64,000 nt of DNA from Tubiluchus corallicola. Its lineage: Eukaryota; Animalia; Priapulida. The stretch is taken from contig JAQGDQ010000360.1 in the NCBI GenBank assembly GCA_030141605.1, forward strand, positions 124,001-188,000, given 5' to 3'. Numbering within the stretch: the stretch's first letter is position 1; each line of letters starts with the position of its first letter. Shown in pieces: positions 1 to 12,700 of the stretch. Both the position numbers and the translations under genes were made by a program. The notes under the pieces are model-generated. The model was not told the DNA's origin. It did no database searches and saw only the letters and a program-made list of their open reading frames with translations.

Positions 1-33
1 TCAGTAGCAACTTAAAACACACAAAAACGTTAA

Positions 34-429
34 CCCTTTCATACCCGTTGTATCCCGTGGGATACGGGAATATTTTCTGCCTTTAAAATTAATAAAATTT
101 TAAAACTGAAGTTATTTGATCTGTTAATAGTTATTTTGATTTAAGCCAATAACAATAGACTAAAAATGTTGATAAAATGGCAAACTAGAAAATCTACATA
201 GCATAAAAAACTGTGCAAGGTACAGTACTTTAGAGACGACTTTGTACAGATCAGCATAGCATGCATACTAAATGTCTTAAATACTTTAAAAAATTATCAG
301 CAGTTGCAAAATGAAGCACATTTTATGCTTCCATTGAATCACAATGTATCCCGTGGGATACAGGCTATATTTAGCTGGCGGGCACAGGTAGAAAAAAATA
401 ATTAAAATAATAATTTGGGACTGAAAGGG
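34..429. mobile_element. piggyBac-like non-autonomous element (MITE), copy 1
   Basis: TTAA|CCCTTTCA...TGAAAGGG|TTAA termini (TTAA at 30-33 and 430-433). Absent at the homologous site of the other duplication arm (~63715). Second copy at 26531-26989. Confidence 0.85.
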
Positions 430-637
430 TTAAAAGACCTCCAGGCAAAATGTGTCATCACACCTGAGTTGGTTTACGCGGCTTGGTTTTACCCCAGTGT
501 AACAAAATGCCAGCATGTAACCTGAGTAGCAACTGTAATAGTTTTCACTGTTTATTGTCTGTATTCCAGATACGTAAAATGTCTTAAACTTCACATATCA
601 AAGTTTTACACTGTATCAAAGCTAAACTACTGCAGAT

Positions 638-3600
638 ATGTGGTGTTTAGAAGTTGTTTTATCTTGCTGTATTGTTTTATCACTACTGGATGGGCTGCTA
701 GCCGGTAAGTTAGCTATAATTTTGTAACAACCTTTTTTCACTCTCAAAAAATGCAGCAACCGGAGTACTTGCGCATATGCAGGTTATGACATAGTACTAA
801 ATTATTCATAAACATTGATATAGACATAGACATCTTTATTGGTGATATATAGTACACATGAGATATATGAAATTTGTTGTTTCAACTTTGCTCAGATTAG
901 GGAAAAGCAATTAAAGCAACAAATTTTCAACTATAAAATAAATTCAACTTTACATACAAATAATCTATATACAATAAATAATACATAAAATAAATGTAAA
1001 TGGCACAATTTGATTTAAGCTTAAAAAAATTAAAAATTGTTTAGAGTTTTAGCTACCATTGAATGTTTTGATTGAAATGGCTGCTTTCACAACTTAGAAT
1101 TTAAAGTGAAAATTTTTGAAAGGGTAAAGTTAATCTTATTTTGTGTGAGAGAAACTTAAATTCTTCATGTAGAGGATGAAAGTACCAGCCATAATTTTCT
1201 TTAGCATCTTCAGCAAGATTTTATTACACAGGACAGTATCATAAATTATCAGATGTTATTTATTCCTACCAACGAGCTTACTACATTTTCGTACTCTTCC
1301 ATTTTTCTAATACAATAAAAATATACATTTCAATACAATTAATACTGCAAAACCCACTTCTGATAATTAAATAATAGATTAAATACTTAATTAATAGGGA
1401 CGAGCTCAACTATTGATGATATCAAAAACTAACATAATTTTCAGCAGCAAAAATATTCCGTGAGTGTGCTTGCACGTGTTTGCGAAAACAAAAATTGAAG
1501 TACAGTGCTACTGTAAGATATTCAGTGTGTTGTACTGAAAATAGGCAAGTTTTAAGATAAAAATTCAAATCAGATTTACCGCTGTGCTCACACACTAACT
1601 GTCGTTCATGTGTATTTCTTCGCTAACTAATACATCTGAACTGAGATGTACACCACCTGTTGTACAACACTTTCTAAAACGCAGACGTTAGTGCCTGTCT
1701 AACTAGCAAATAGCGAAATGCATTTAACAGCAAAGAACTAGTGGCGCGAGCGTGAAATTGTGTTTGTGTGGTAATAATTCTTTCACGCAAGTCATTTTTG
1801 AAAAAAATGGTATGTTTCCTTTCAATATTTTAAAGAGTAGATTGTTTTGACTTACAGTTTAAGATTGGGTCCGATTTTGCTTCAAGAATTATAAAATTAG
1901 TTTCAATAAAAAGAGGGCTTTAATTACAACAACAACAACAACTAGTCTCTCAGTGTGTTGGGTTTATTTTACTTTATCACTTAAACTTAGAATAATATTG
2001 TAACGGATCCGGGTTCCAGCGCGAATCCGTCTCAAGATGTATAGAGCGGCATACAAGTTATGAAATACTTTACAGCAGACGAGAAAAGTAAAAAGAATAC
2101 GAATGTAAAATAAACCTTAATGCACAACCAGTAGCTCCATGCCATGTGAACAGACTTTTGTATAAAAATCAGCAAACCTACAGCATTCACCTTTACAGAC
2201 AGAAAGGCCAGGTTGGAATCGTCAAATTACGGCATGCATTCTGTTTTATACAGGTACATTTGCTTTACTGGGCTTCTCAACCATACCCATTACTAACATT
2301 AGGGGGTTGGTCATAATCTGCCTTCGTAACAATATAACAAAGAAATTAGTTACAGATTAGAAATTAGCCTACTGTTAATTAATTTTAATCTATTATTTAA
2401 TTGTCAAAAACGCTTTTGCAGTATTAATTGTGTTATAATGTATACTTTTTATTTATGGTACTTGAAAAGGGGTACTATATGAAAAATCAGCCTGGCTTCT
2501 TTTAACCTCATTCTCTAAGCATCTGTTTAGAACTAATTCACTTTTCATGAAGTTCACTAATGTTTCCTACTTTTCAGAATACGATGGTAGAGTTTGGACT
2601 GACGTACCAGGTCCTGGTAGAACTATGGCTGCGCTCTGGAATGACTCACTGACTGACCAATGTCCTCGGATAATACCTGCACTCATTCCCAGCCTCTTCA
2701 CCAACGTTGCACCTGTAATCAACTTTGGTGTAATTGGGCAGATAGGTATGAAACAAACGACACTTTGTTTCTTAGATTTTGATTACGCCATTCACTTCGA
2801 ATTGATACTAGAAGATGACGCCATTTTAGGCTGCAGACAATCCTGTGCACCTTTAATTTCTTATTTACAAAGCCTATTCAGAAAATAATGGTTACTTTTA
2901 CTTTGCGGCAGCTAAAAGGAAGACTGGATGATTTTTCATATACTATTCCATTTTCAAGTACGCAAAAAGTGTACATTTTAACACCAATAATACTGCAAAG
3001 CAAAAGCGTTTTTAATAGTTAAATGATAGATTAAAAAACGTAATTTACGGCGGGCGAGCCCAACTATTGATGACATCACAAACTAACATAATTTTCAACT
3101 GCAAAAATATTCCAGGAGCGTGTTACACGTGTTTGTGAAAGCGAAAATTGAAGTACAGTGCTACTGTAAGATTTTCGGTGTGTTGTATTAAAGCTAGACA
3201 AGTTTTGAGATAAAAATTCCAATTTCAAATTTACTGCTGCTCACACATGAGCTGTCGAACGTATGTAGTTCGTCACAAACTAACACATATGAACTGAGAG
3301 ATACAACCAGCGCCTGTTTTTTGTTCAGTGAGTTGATGACATCACAAACTACTTGAATGACCTAGCTTTTTTTGTTTGTTTGTTTTTAAACCACACGCTC
3401 TGGAATTACCCTGTGGAATTGTAAAAGGTTTCTCTGTATTTAATCTGCTGGGATTAAAATTTGTTAAGCGATACATGTACAGTCTGTTAACTTGAGTACT
3501 CAATTTGTTAAACCATACACGTACAGTCTGTTAACTTGAGTACTCAATTTGTTAAGCGATACACGTACAGCCTGTTAACTTGAGTACTCAATTTGCTAAG

Positions 3601-6600
3601 CGATACACGTACAGTCTGTTAACTTGAGTACTCAATTAGTTAAGCGATAGACGTACAGTCTGTTAACTTGAGTACTCAATTTTGTTAAACCATACACGTA
3701 CAGTCTGTTCACTTGAGTACTCAATTTGTTAAGCCATACACGTACCGTCTGTTAACTTGAGTACTCCATTTGTTAAGCAATACACGTACAGTCTGTTAAC
3801 TTGAGTACTCAATTTAGTTTTCAAGGAAATTTGGTCTGTTTCAACCAAATTTTTAAAGTCTAAATTTTCGTTAAATGCGTGGTTCAGTTATTACACCTAC
3901 CGTCGAGCTCCTATTTAATAAAGTACGTCTGTAATTTTTCTTTTTTTGTCACTGATCGGTCGATAACCATTTAAATTCACACAAATTTTTCTCCTTGCTG
4001 TTGTTGTTGTTGGCATCCTTCTGTTTCGGGAGACAATGGAGTGTGCGCCAAGAGAGTCAGTTATTGATCACATTGATGGAGCTGCAGCGGCGACTGTGGC
4101 TGAGCAGTGCGATCCTTGAACCTCTCCAGGGCGCACGCCTGGGCAAGGTGTATGGAGATCCTGAGTTGCCCAGACAACAGGAACCCCCTCTCTTCCTCCC
4201 TGGTGTAGTCCAAAGGAAAGTGGAGCGATACGTTTGGTACCAGGTTGGCTGCAGGAGCTGCCGGAGTCAGTGAACATGCTGCACTGGTCCGCCTGCGGGG
4301 CTCCACTCCTGATTTGGAAGGTTTACTCCTCTACACATGGCTGTTGGGTCACTTGACGTCCTCCGCCCTCTAGCCGTTGGCTGCTTGTGCAGCTCCTCCG
4401 CCTAGTGTCGAGATACAGTGTTGCCATCCCGCAAGCCTACAGCACCTGGTATTCCAAGTACTAACCAGGCTCTACGTTGCTTAACTTCGGTGATCAGACG
4501 AGAACCGGTGTTTTCAACGTGATTTGGCCGTAGTGCATTCCTTGTTGTAATATAATACTATTAGCTAGACGTGTGTGTTTGAGGCACTTATTGTTAATTT
4601 ACATTTTTGAGTCACCACTTAAAGGTTAATTTAAGTTTTTTAGTCCAATCTTCTGCAACACATGCAACATTATTATCCCTTAAATGGGTATTTCGTTATT
4701 CTACTGTAATATTGGATAACCCAGTAGTGATCTCATTTTGTACTTGATATAATATAAGGTAGGCTTATTAGGTGTATATATACTTTCTTACTGCTACTGG
4801 AATTTAGGACTATGTCCACGCGATTTAGGACTGGCAGCAATTAGTTTTGATAATTATGCCTATCCTTCTAATTGGTGTAAATTTCGCAAGCCAATCGCAT
4901 TTTTAATTTAATCCACTTCTTCTTGTTATATACTAATACACGTGTTTTGTCACATTCATCCTTTAGATATTCCGCATAATAATATGCGCCTTCTTACATA
5001 ATCATATTATTTTCATATTTTCTCTTGTATTTTCGTTTTGCTATTCATACAGTATGGACCTTTACTTTTGTCCGATTGACAAACAATCTGTAATTGAATG
5101 GGTTTGCGCGGTTGTAATGCCATCACATTTTATTTCTGTTTATAGTTTCGTATACCTATGATTCTGCAGTTTCTCGGGCGTAATAGTTTAACATTATATT
5201 CCATATTTTCTTTAACTTAAGCATATTACCCCGTCATGCGTCTATAGTATAGCATATTTTATTTTTATGCTAATTCCGATTCACATTTTATAATTTATGG
5301 ATTAAGCACTGAACATTTAAATACATGTAACAGTAATGTTACTATTTTGCTATACTTAGTTAGTACACACTGAATATTACTGTACAATTATTGTGTGTTT
5401 CAATGTCATGTTAACTCTGATTCTAACGGGAAAGACCCTTGATCCGCGAAGGTTTCATTAAATCAGTAACTGTGTGTGTTTTGATTAGTGAGATTATATG
5501 TCCTTGTATCCAAGTGTATGCGTGCATGTTTCTAGTGATTCCCTGAACAATTGAATTCGCTAAGAAATTGTGTGAGTGTAAAAATCTTAGTGAATGCCTT
5601 CACATTTGAATGTATAAAATACTATTACCGGTTTTGTAGTTCGTTATGCAGTATACACTTTCGTAAAAGATTAATACATTGAAAAAAGTGCCCGTATAGC
5701 TAGCGAATGGCTAAATGCATGTAACAGCGAAGAACCAGTGGCAGGAACGCGAAATTGTGTTGGGGCGGTAACAATTCTTTCGCGTAAGCCATTCCGGAAA
5801 AACTATTACGTTTCCTTTCAATATTTTAGAGAGTAGATTGTTTTGACTTACAGTTTAAGACTGGGTCAGGTTTTTCTTTAAGTCCCAGTTATTGAAATGT
5901 GTTGCTTTGAATACATTTGAGCAGTTGAGTAGCTCTTTCTGGAATCAGGTACCTTAAATATATTACCTGAAATGTTGAATCTATCCTAGGCTTTTCTTCT
6001 GTCATTTGCAGTTGGCCAGTTGCCAAGTTTCGTGAGGAAAAAACTGAGGTGGAGGTTCAGTGACGGTACTAAGACTGCAGACAATACCTTCGTACAGAAA
6101 ATGCTACTGAATTCAAATTTTCATTTAACAAGTAAGCCTCAAAACAGCTGCATTCTTTTTCATTTATAATTGGTCGAAATTATAGATTTTAGTTTCGGAT
6201 TTATTTCTCACAAATGCACATTCAATGATACGGAACAATAATTACAAAATGATATCCCCAAAAAATTAATTGCTTGCAATAAAATGCTTCAATGTGTGTT
6301 GAAACAAAATCTTGTAAGCACAACATTGATAGTGAGAGAAGGCAAGGCAAGGCAAGCCAAGGTTTAAAATAAGGGTGTGTATAGAGAAGAATGTGATTAG
6401 AGGGGCAGGTTAGTCACGGGAGGTTAAGTAGCATAATATATACATTATATACAAGAAACAGCAAGAGAAATTACATTATTCGGATATACATAATACATAT
6501 ATTATACATTATACACTGCTCATTAAAATAAACATAAGTGTTCGGCAGATTTCTCTCTGCTTGCCCTTTAATCTAATGTTGTACTTATTTAGGATTGCCT

Positions 6601-6706
6601 GTAAAATTTGGCTTCGTTATATGCATTTTATAGGTCAGCCAATCAGAATTGAGCACGTTTTTAGTCTACACATTGAAAGCGAAGAATATGTGCATGTGTG
6701 TAAGTC

Positions 6707-6773
<67 letters not shown>

Positions 6774-9700
6774 CTATGTGCGTGTGCGTGTGTGACTATG
6801 TGCGTGTGCGTGTGTTTATTTATTTATAACATATATACATATGATACAATGTATCATGCATAATTAACTTGCTAATGCGTCTCAACATTCTTACTGGAGA
6901 TAAAAAATGTATATGGCTTTACCAGTAACTCCACTCCACTCCAGTCCACTCCGATCCACTCTATGCTTTCATTATACCCATGCCATATAATTTGTTTATA
7001 TTTTCCAGCTGCCGGAGAAAGTTGGCTGGTTTATTCTTGTGCCAATAGCCACAAACCACATTGGCCAGACTTACAGCAAAAGTACAAGAAAGTAAGTAAA
7101 TCACCGAGTTCATGTGTTCAACAGATGAACTGATGAACATTTTTTCAAATGTGTGCACAGGTATTTAAAAGATAATTTCGTCATTTCCATTGCAAATAAA
7201 CAAGAAGCTGAAAAATAAACCAAACTTCCAAACAGGTAGGCATGCAAAAGACTAGCAGCGAAGCACACGGACAAACTAAACAACAAGTGATGCATGAATG
7301 GACAGATGAACAATAAGCGTAATATCTCATCACAGAGTTCATGGTGCAGCATTGGTGCTGATGCAAGTGGATAAATAAGAGATACTTCGTACCGGAGTCA
7401 TCAAAATAAAAACGTTTTATAGTCTGATGACCTGTTTCTTTTTCATTTCAGTTTAATCAGCTTCCCGGATCTCAACAAGAAGCCACGCGCAAAGACAGTT
7501 TCTGGAAGATCATGAAAAACATGATGCTAAAACATAGAAAAGATTCATTTAACTTCGTTCCACAAACGTTTCTCCTTCCTCACGAGTTGTTGGAGCTTTA
7601 TAAAGCCTGGAATGACAGTTCACCTGACAACTTATGGATTTACAAACCGGTAAGATTATTATAATTTTATTCATTGTTTATTTATTTATTAAAAGTTTAT
7701 TTCTGCACATAAAAATGCAATATAAAAGTTAAAATTGACACTAAAATCTAATAGCTGGTAAAGTTAATATTAGTTAATTAGTCATAGTCGCTGCCTCATT
7801 TTGTGTCCTCAGTGCTCACAAACTTTTATTTATATTTTATTTATTTATTTTAATTAAATATTCGTCTGGTGTTGGTACATAATGTGTTCTTCGGTTATGT
7901 GGATGGACATTTATTTGTCCATAAATTTTAAAAATTGAGTGTCAATAAATTTAATTAAAATAAATTACATAAATTCTAGATCCAGTTTTGAACCGACAGA
8001 AACTTGACAACTGCTTGTTCCTTTACTACGTAATCTATTTAATTTAATCATAATGTTAATGTTAAAATGATTTTTAATGATGGTATAAAACCCACAATGA
8101 ATTTAATTTTAATATCAAGCATGAAATGCAGGAAATGTGAAAAGGTTGGAATACAGCCTAGATTTGAACCAGTGGTATCTGCTTACAGAGCAGACGCCTT
8201 GGAAACCAGGCAAACATATTCCATACTGCTCAAAGCAGTCCAAAGTTTACCCCTTGCATAGCTAGCCAAATTAGAGCATTTCCGATGTTATACTGTTCAC
8301 ACTAGAGACCATCCTAACTAATTAGAATAATTATATTTTCCCTATTTTTAAGCTGAAATTCTGCTGGTGATAATTAATTTTAATAATCTTAATGTCAATA
8401 TTATTATTAATAATGGTACAAAATTTTGATACCGAACTAGTGTTTTGCCGATTCAAATTTGTGCATCTGTGTAAGTACAAATTTGGATTATTTTTCAGTA
8501 TAAGATCCTTTCTGTTGTCATTTCTATTCCTTTGTAGGTTGCTTCTGGCTGGGGGAAGGGAGTCAAAGTCATCAACAGCTTAAATAGGCTGCCAAATAGT
8601 GAACTTGTCATACAAAGGTTTGCAAGAAATAAAATAAGAACAAATATTGTATTTTTCTTCCCATTTCTTTTCATTACTATTATACGATTTGGTTATCTTA
8701 AAATTATTCATTTTTTGTTATTTATAAAATCTGAAATTTGTCTTTAAATCGCAGTTGTACACTAAATTTTATGTTTTTAATCAGGTGACATCAGTATGCA
8801 TATACATATATATCATATATATACATAAGAAAAAATCATTTAAGAAACCAAATAAAATTACTGCTGCATTTATTAGTTATATATATATAATAAAACATAT
8901 TAAATTTAACAAACAAAAATCCTTGACACCACTAAATGCTTTATTGTAACAAAATCAGCAAGTAAAAGTTCTAAATGTCCCATAAAGTAGCTTAACCTGA
9001 CTGTTTAGAGCACAGGTGAGTAAATAGACAGGTGACTAGTAGGTAACAACTGAAAGCTGGCCAAAACTAAAAGCTTTACATTACCGCCACAGGTGACGCC
9101 TCGTACACGAACTTGAAAGAGGATTAACAAAAAATAGCTGCGTCTGCTACAGATTTGATTAGATGTATAAATTATTAACACGAAGTTCACTGTTTTGTTA
9201 TATCATCGGATATTCCTTTAAGTGAAATTATAGTAAAGGCAGTACTAACGATGCTCCATAGTAAGAAGATCAGTGTAATGTGATTCTATGTGCTTAATTA
9301 CAATGTTTCAGGTACGTGCCCAACCCGTATCTCATCGATGGTTACAAGGTTCACCTAAGAATATATGCTTACGTTGCGTCTCTTGAGCCGTTGAGAATAT
9401 ACACAAATCCTCTCGCAGGACGAGCCACATTTGGCATGAAAAAGTAAAATTATTACATGCACTTACCGTGTACAATGTGTATAAAAGAAAGGTGTACACA
9501 TTTGTTTTTTTACTTTTTCATACAACCTCTTCATGCTTTTTGTACTCTTTATTTTACTAACACCTTTATTTTATGTGTAGCTTCATCTGTAATTTTTGTT
9601 ATTGTATCTTTCTGTGCAGCTGATGAAATCCAAAAAGATGAAAGCTTCTGAAAAAAATGAAGATTGTTTTGTTTGATGAGCAGTAATATGATTTTATGTA

Positions 9701-12700
9701 GTATAACTGATACAGACATTTGTTACAAGTCATTGTACTTCAAATATTGAAACTCTTTTCTAACCTCTTAATTTATTATTTAAACAAACCTGTGCTCCTC
9801 TTGTACAGTTTTGTGCTACATCTGGCGTATATAGTTTCATTATATACAGTATTACTTTATGTAGTACTTTATATATTAATTTAAATCTAAATTAATTACA
9901 TACATATTTATTTAAATAAATATGTAAATATTCTTATTTACATATTATTATCTACATATTACAAAAATTTTATTGACATATTAATTTAAGTCCAAAATAA
10001 AAATTAAATTAAATAAATAAGTAAACAAATAAAATCTTTATCAAAGAGCCTGTTGAAATTGTAGTTTAAATGGTCTTAATTCTCAACTTGTGTTTTTTTG
10101 TATTGGACACAGATACTCAGTTGCAAATTCTAATGACGTAGAAGATATTTTCATGCATGTAACAAATGCAGATTTGAATAAACTCAGCCCTGATTATCAT
10201 CAACGCAGAGCAGCTGGAATGAATCTTTGGTGAGTTTTGAAAAGTCGTATAAAAGGAAGTCACTATCGCCGCAACTTTTTAACACATATTTTTATGATCC
10301 ACGTGTACAACTAATTAATTCTAAACTTGGTTGCGCTGTTCGTGAAAGGCATGCTGATGATATCTGATGATGTTTGTGCTTTTTACTTCAACACGCCCTG
10401 TTCTTCAACAGTTAATCAAGATTTATAATGAGTTTGCTAAGAATAACGCCATCTGTGTCATTGGGGAAAAACTATTTTGACGTTATTTTACGGAAATATA
10501 TTATAATTTAATGATGCGTCATTTTAATAGTCCTAACAGTTTGAAAATGAAAATTTTCAACAATGATTGTATCTTTTTATCTAAAACACATCGATATTGG
10601 AAATCAGCTATATACAGAAAAAAAATCTTAATTTTTAATCTTTAAAATTGTACGCATATTTTGCCAATCTTTTTAACTGTAAATAATTTTATGGTATACT
10701 CTATGTGTGCGTCTGACGTGGCAGCTGTTGTACATATGTAGTAGTTTTCATTGAATAGAGTGCATCTCATCTTATTTTTTGAACTGAACTCCTACATTTT
10801 TCCTTCTCAGAGATTGTTTAGGCTTCACTAGTTTGCCTTCAATTTTAATGACGTACGCATGTATTTTCATTTTAATGGAATCACTTCTTGCCTCAAGCTC
10901 TGTCTGGGCGAGAGGCCTAGCAAGGTGGTTGCGGCAGTGGGCAATCACCCCCCCCCCAGGAAGCAAGGGTGAGGGGGCGCAAAATTCTTCTAGAGTTAAA
11001 TGACTATTAATTATTAAATACTAATCCGGAATTAACAAAACAGTTAACAAAAGTTTTCAAACTACAACGAAATTGTCTAGTCACAGCCCATCGTAGCTGA
11101 CCTAGTTAATTACTATATACAGCCTGTAAATGCATTCTGTTAATGCCAATTGTACTATTTTGAAAACCTGTTGTGTTCTGTATCTTTCATAATCTTTGCA
11201 TGTTTTAATGATGGAGCTGAATGTTTAATGAATGTCGTGTTACAAGGAACTTTCCTAGGCCAATGCATAGAAAAGAATTCACCTACAAACAAATGATAAA
11301 AACATTAAAAGAGTAGCCCAACTTGCTATATGGGCCACTAGACTGGGCACTTACTACATTGCCACTAGTCTGGGCATTATTTCAAAGTTCATATTAGGTA
11401 TTTAATTTATGTAACAAAAACAGTTTTTGTATAGCTAATTTTTCGATTCAAACTTTTTCATAGGGCTTTACCAAAGTTTCAACACTACCTTGAGAAGAAA
11501 GGTATTAATTTCACTGCCATCTGGGAAGAGATTCAGGCAATAATCATTAAACACCTGATAAGGTATCTAGAGAACTTGCTGGTTGTGAGTGGAAAATGGC
11601 TTTCATTTCTTTCAGAAAAACGCCAAAGTGGAATTTGATTAGACAAAAGTGTGCTTGCAAACCAAAACCATCCATAAGTCGGCATAATTAAAACTACGTT
11701 ATAATGCTTCAAAGTAGAAAGCACCAAAAATTTGGTCAAATGTCGATTTTTTATTTTTTATGAAAACAAATGCTAAATATGTTGGAATTTTAAATTCTAG
11801 CATCAAATTATCAGGAAAATGTCCGAAAAATACTAAAAATTTAATTTTACAACTTCTTGCCCACTTTTCTGTCTAGAAACTAGGACTGCATTTGTAAAAA
11901 AACTTGTATTTTCAAACTCCGATTGTAGCTCGTGGAAGCAGCCATTTAGCTTCTGGTTTTTCTGTTGACAGGACCAGATCATTGCCAGGAAGAGCAATTG
12001 CATTTGCTAAGTGTTTTTTATAGACGCTACAAGAAACAATGGCTGACTTTAACATTGATTTTGTCAATGATATGTTTTTCAGTGCATAGCCTGCATCTCA
12101 AATTTAACGTGGATTATCTTAACTTAGATATACTTGGTATCAAAGTGATCCTCATGAAATGGAGATTCAGGATAATTGAATAACTAGTAAAGCTTAGTTG
12201 CTGATTTATGAACGTTTTTGCTATGCAAGTACCCAAATTATACCAGTTGTTCTTCACATAAATTATGTTGTCTTGATCACATTTATGTTATCATTATGCC
12301 ATTTCATCAATTATGTTTCTTATTTAAATTGTATAAATCAAGGCTGGCTCTAGGTAACTTGATGCCTTTGGTAAAGGTGTTTTAGCGGTCAACTTTTCAA
12401 CGGTCTCCAATTCCCTACATACTCTCGTGTGACCAAATGCAAAATACATTTTTGTATGCAATGAAGTTTATTGGTACCTGTGTGTTAGACCTATAGACGT
12501 ATTATAGTGTGCTAATTAGCTGAAGCTAAGTACCTGGCCTGCAGCCCCAGTTTAAACACTAGTATTAAATACTTACAGGCATATTATGTTTCGATAGGAT
12601 CTTTGTACTGCGGTATTCGAATTTGACATTGATTAAAACGAATTTGAGGCTCTAATTAGCAATTATGAATGTCTTTTTCAAAATAAACAATTTCAAATTC

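Noticed and set aside
3458-3815. CRISPR-like array of palindromic repeats
   Set aside because: Units are contiguous with no unique spacers, there are no cas genes, and the context is eukaryotic; it is a minisatellite.
4433-4536. Functional 5S rRNA gene
   Set aside because: The internal deletion removes box C, there is no oligo-T terminator, and the copy is isolated.
8140-8215. Functional tRNA gene
   Set aside because: No convincing acceptor stem or D-arm, and it is deleted in copy 2; treated as a SINE-like relic.
8067-9190. Short ORFs recurring in several places (8067/39481, 9005/38065, 11533/51438)
   Set aside because: They recur only because the introns were duplicated; no coding signature, and they are disrupted in at least one copy or lack motifs.
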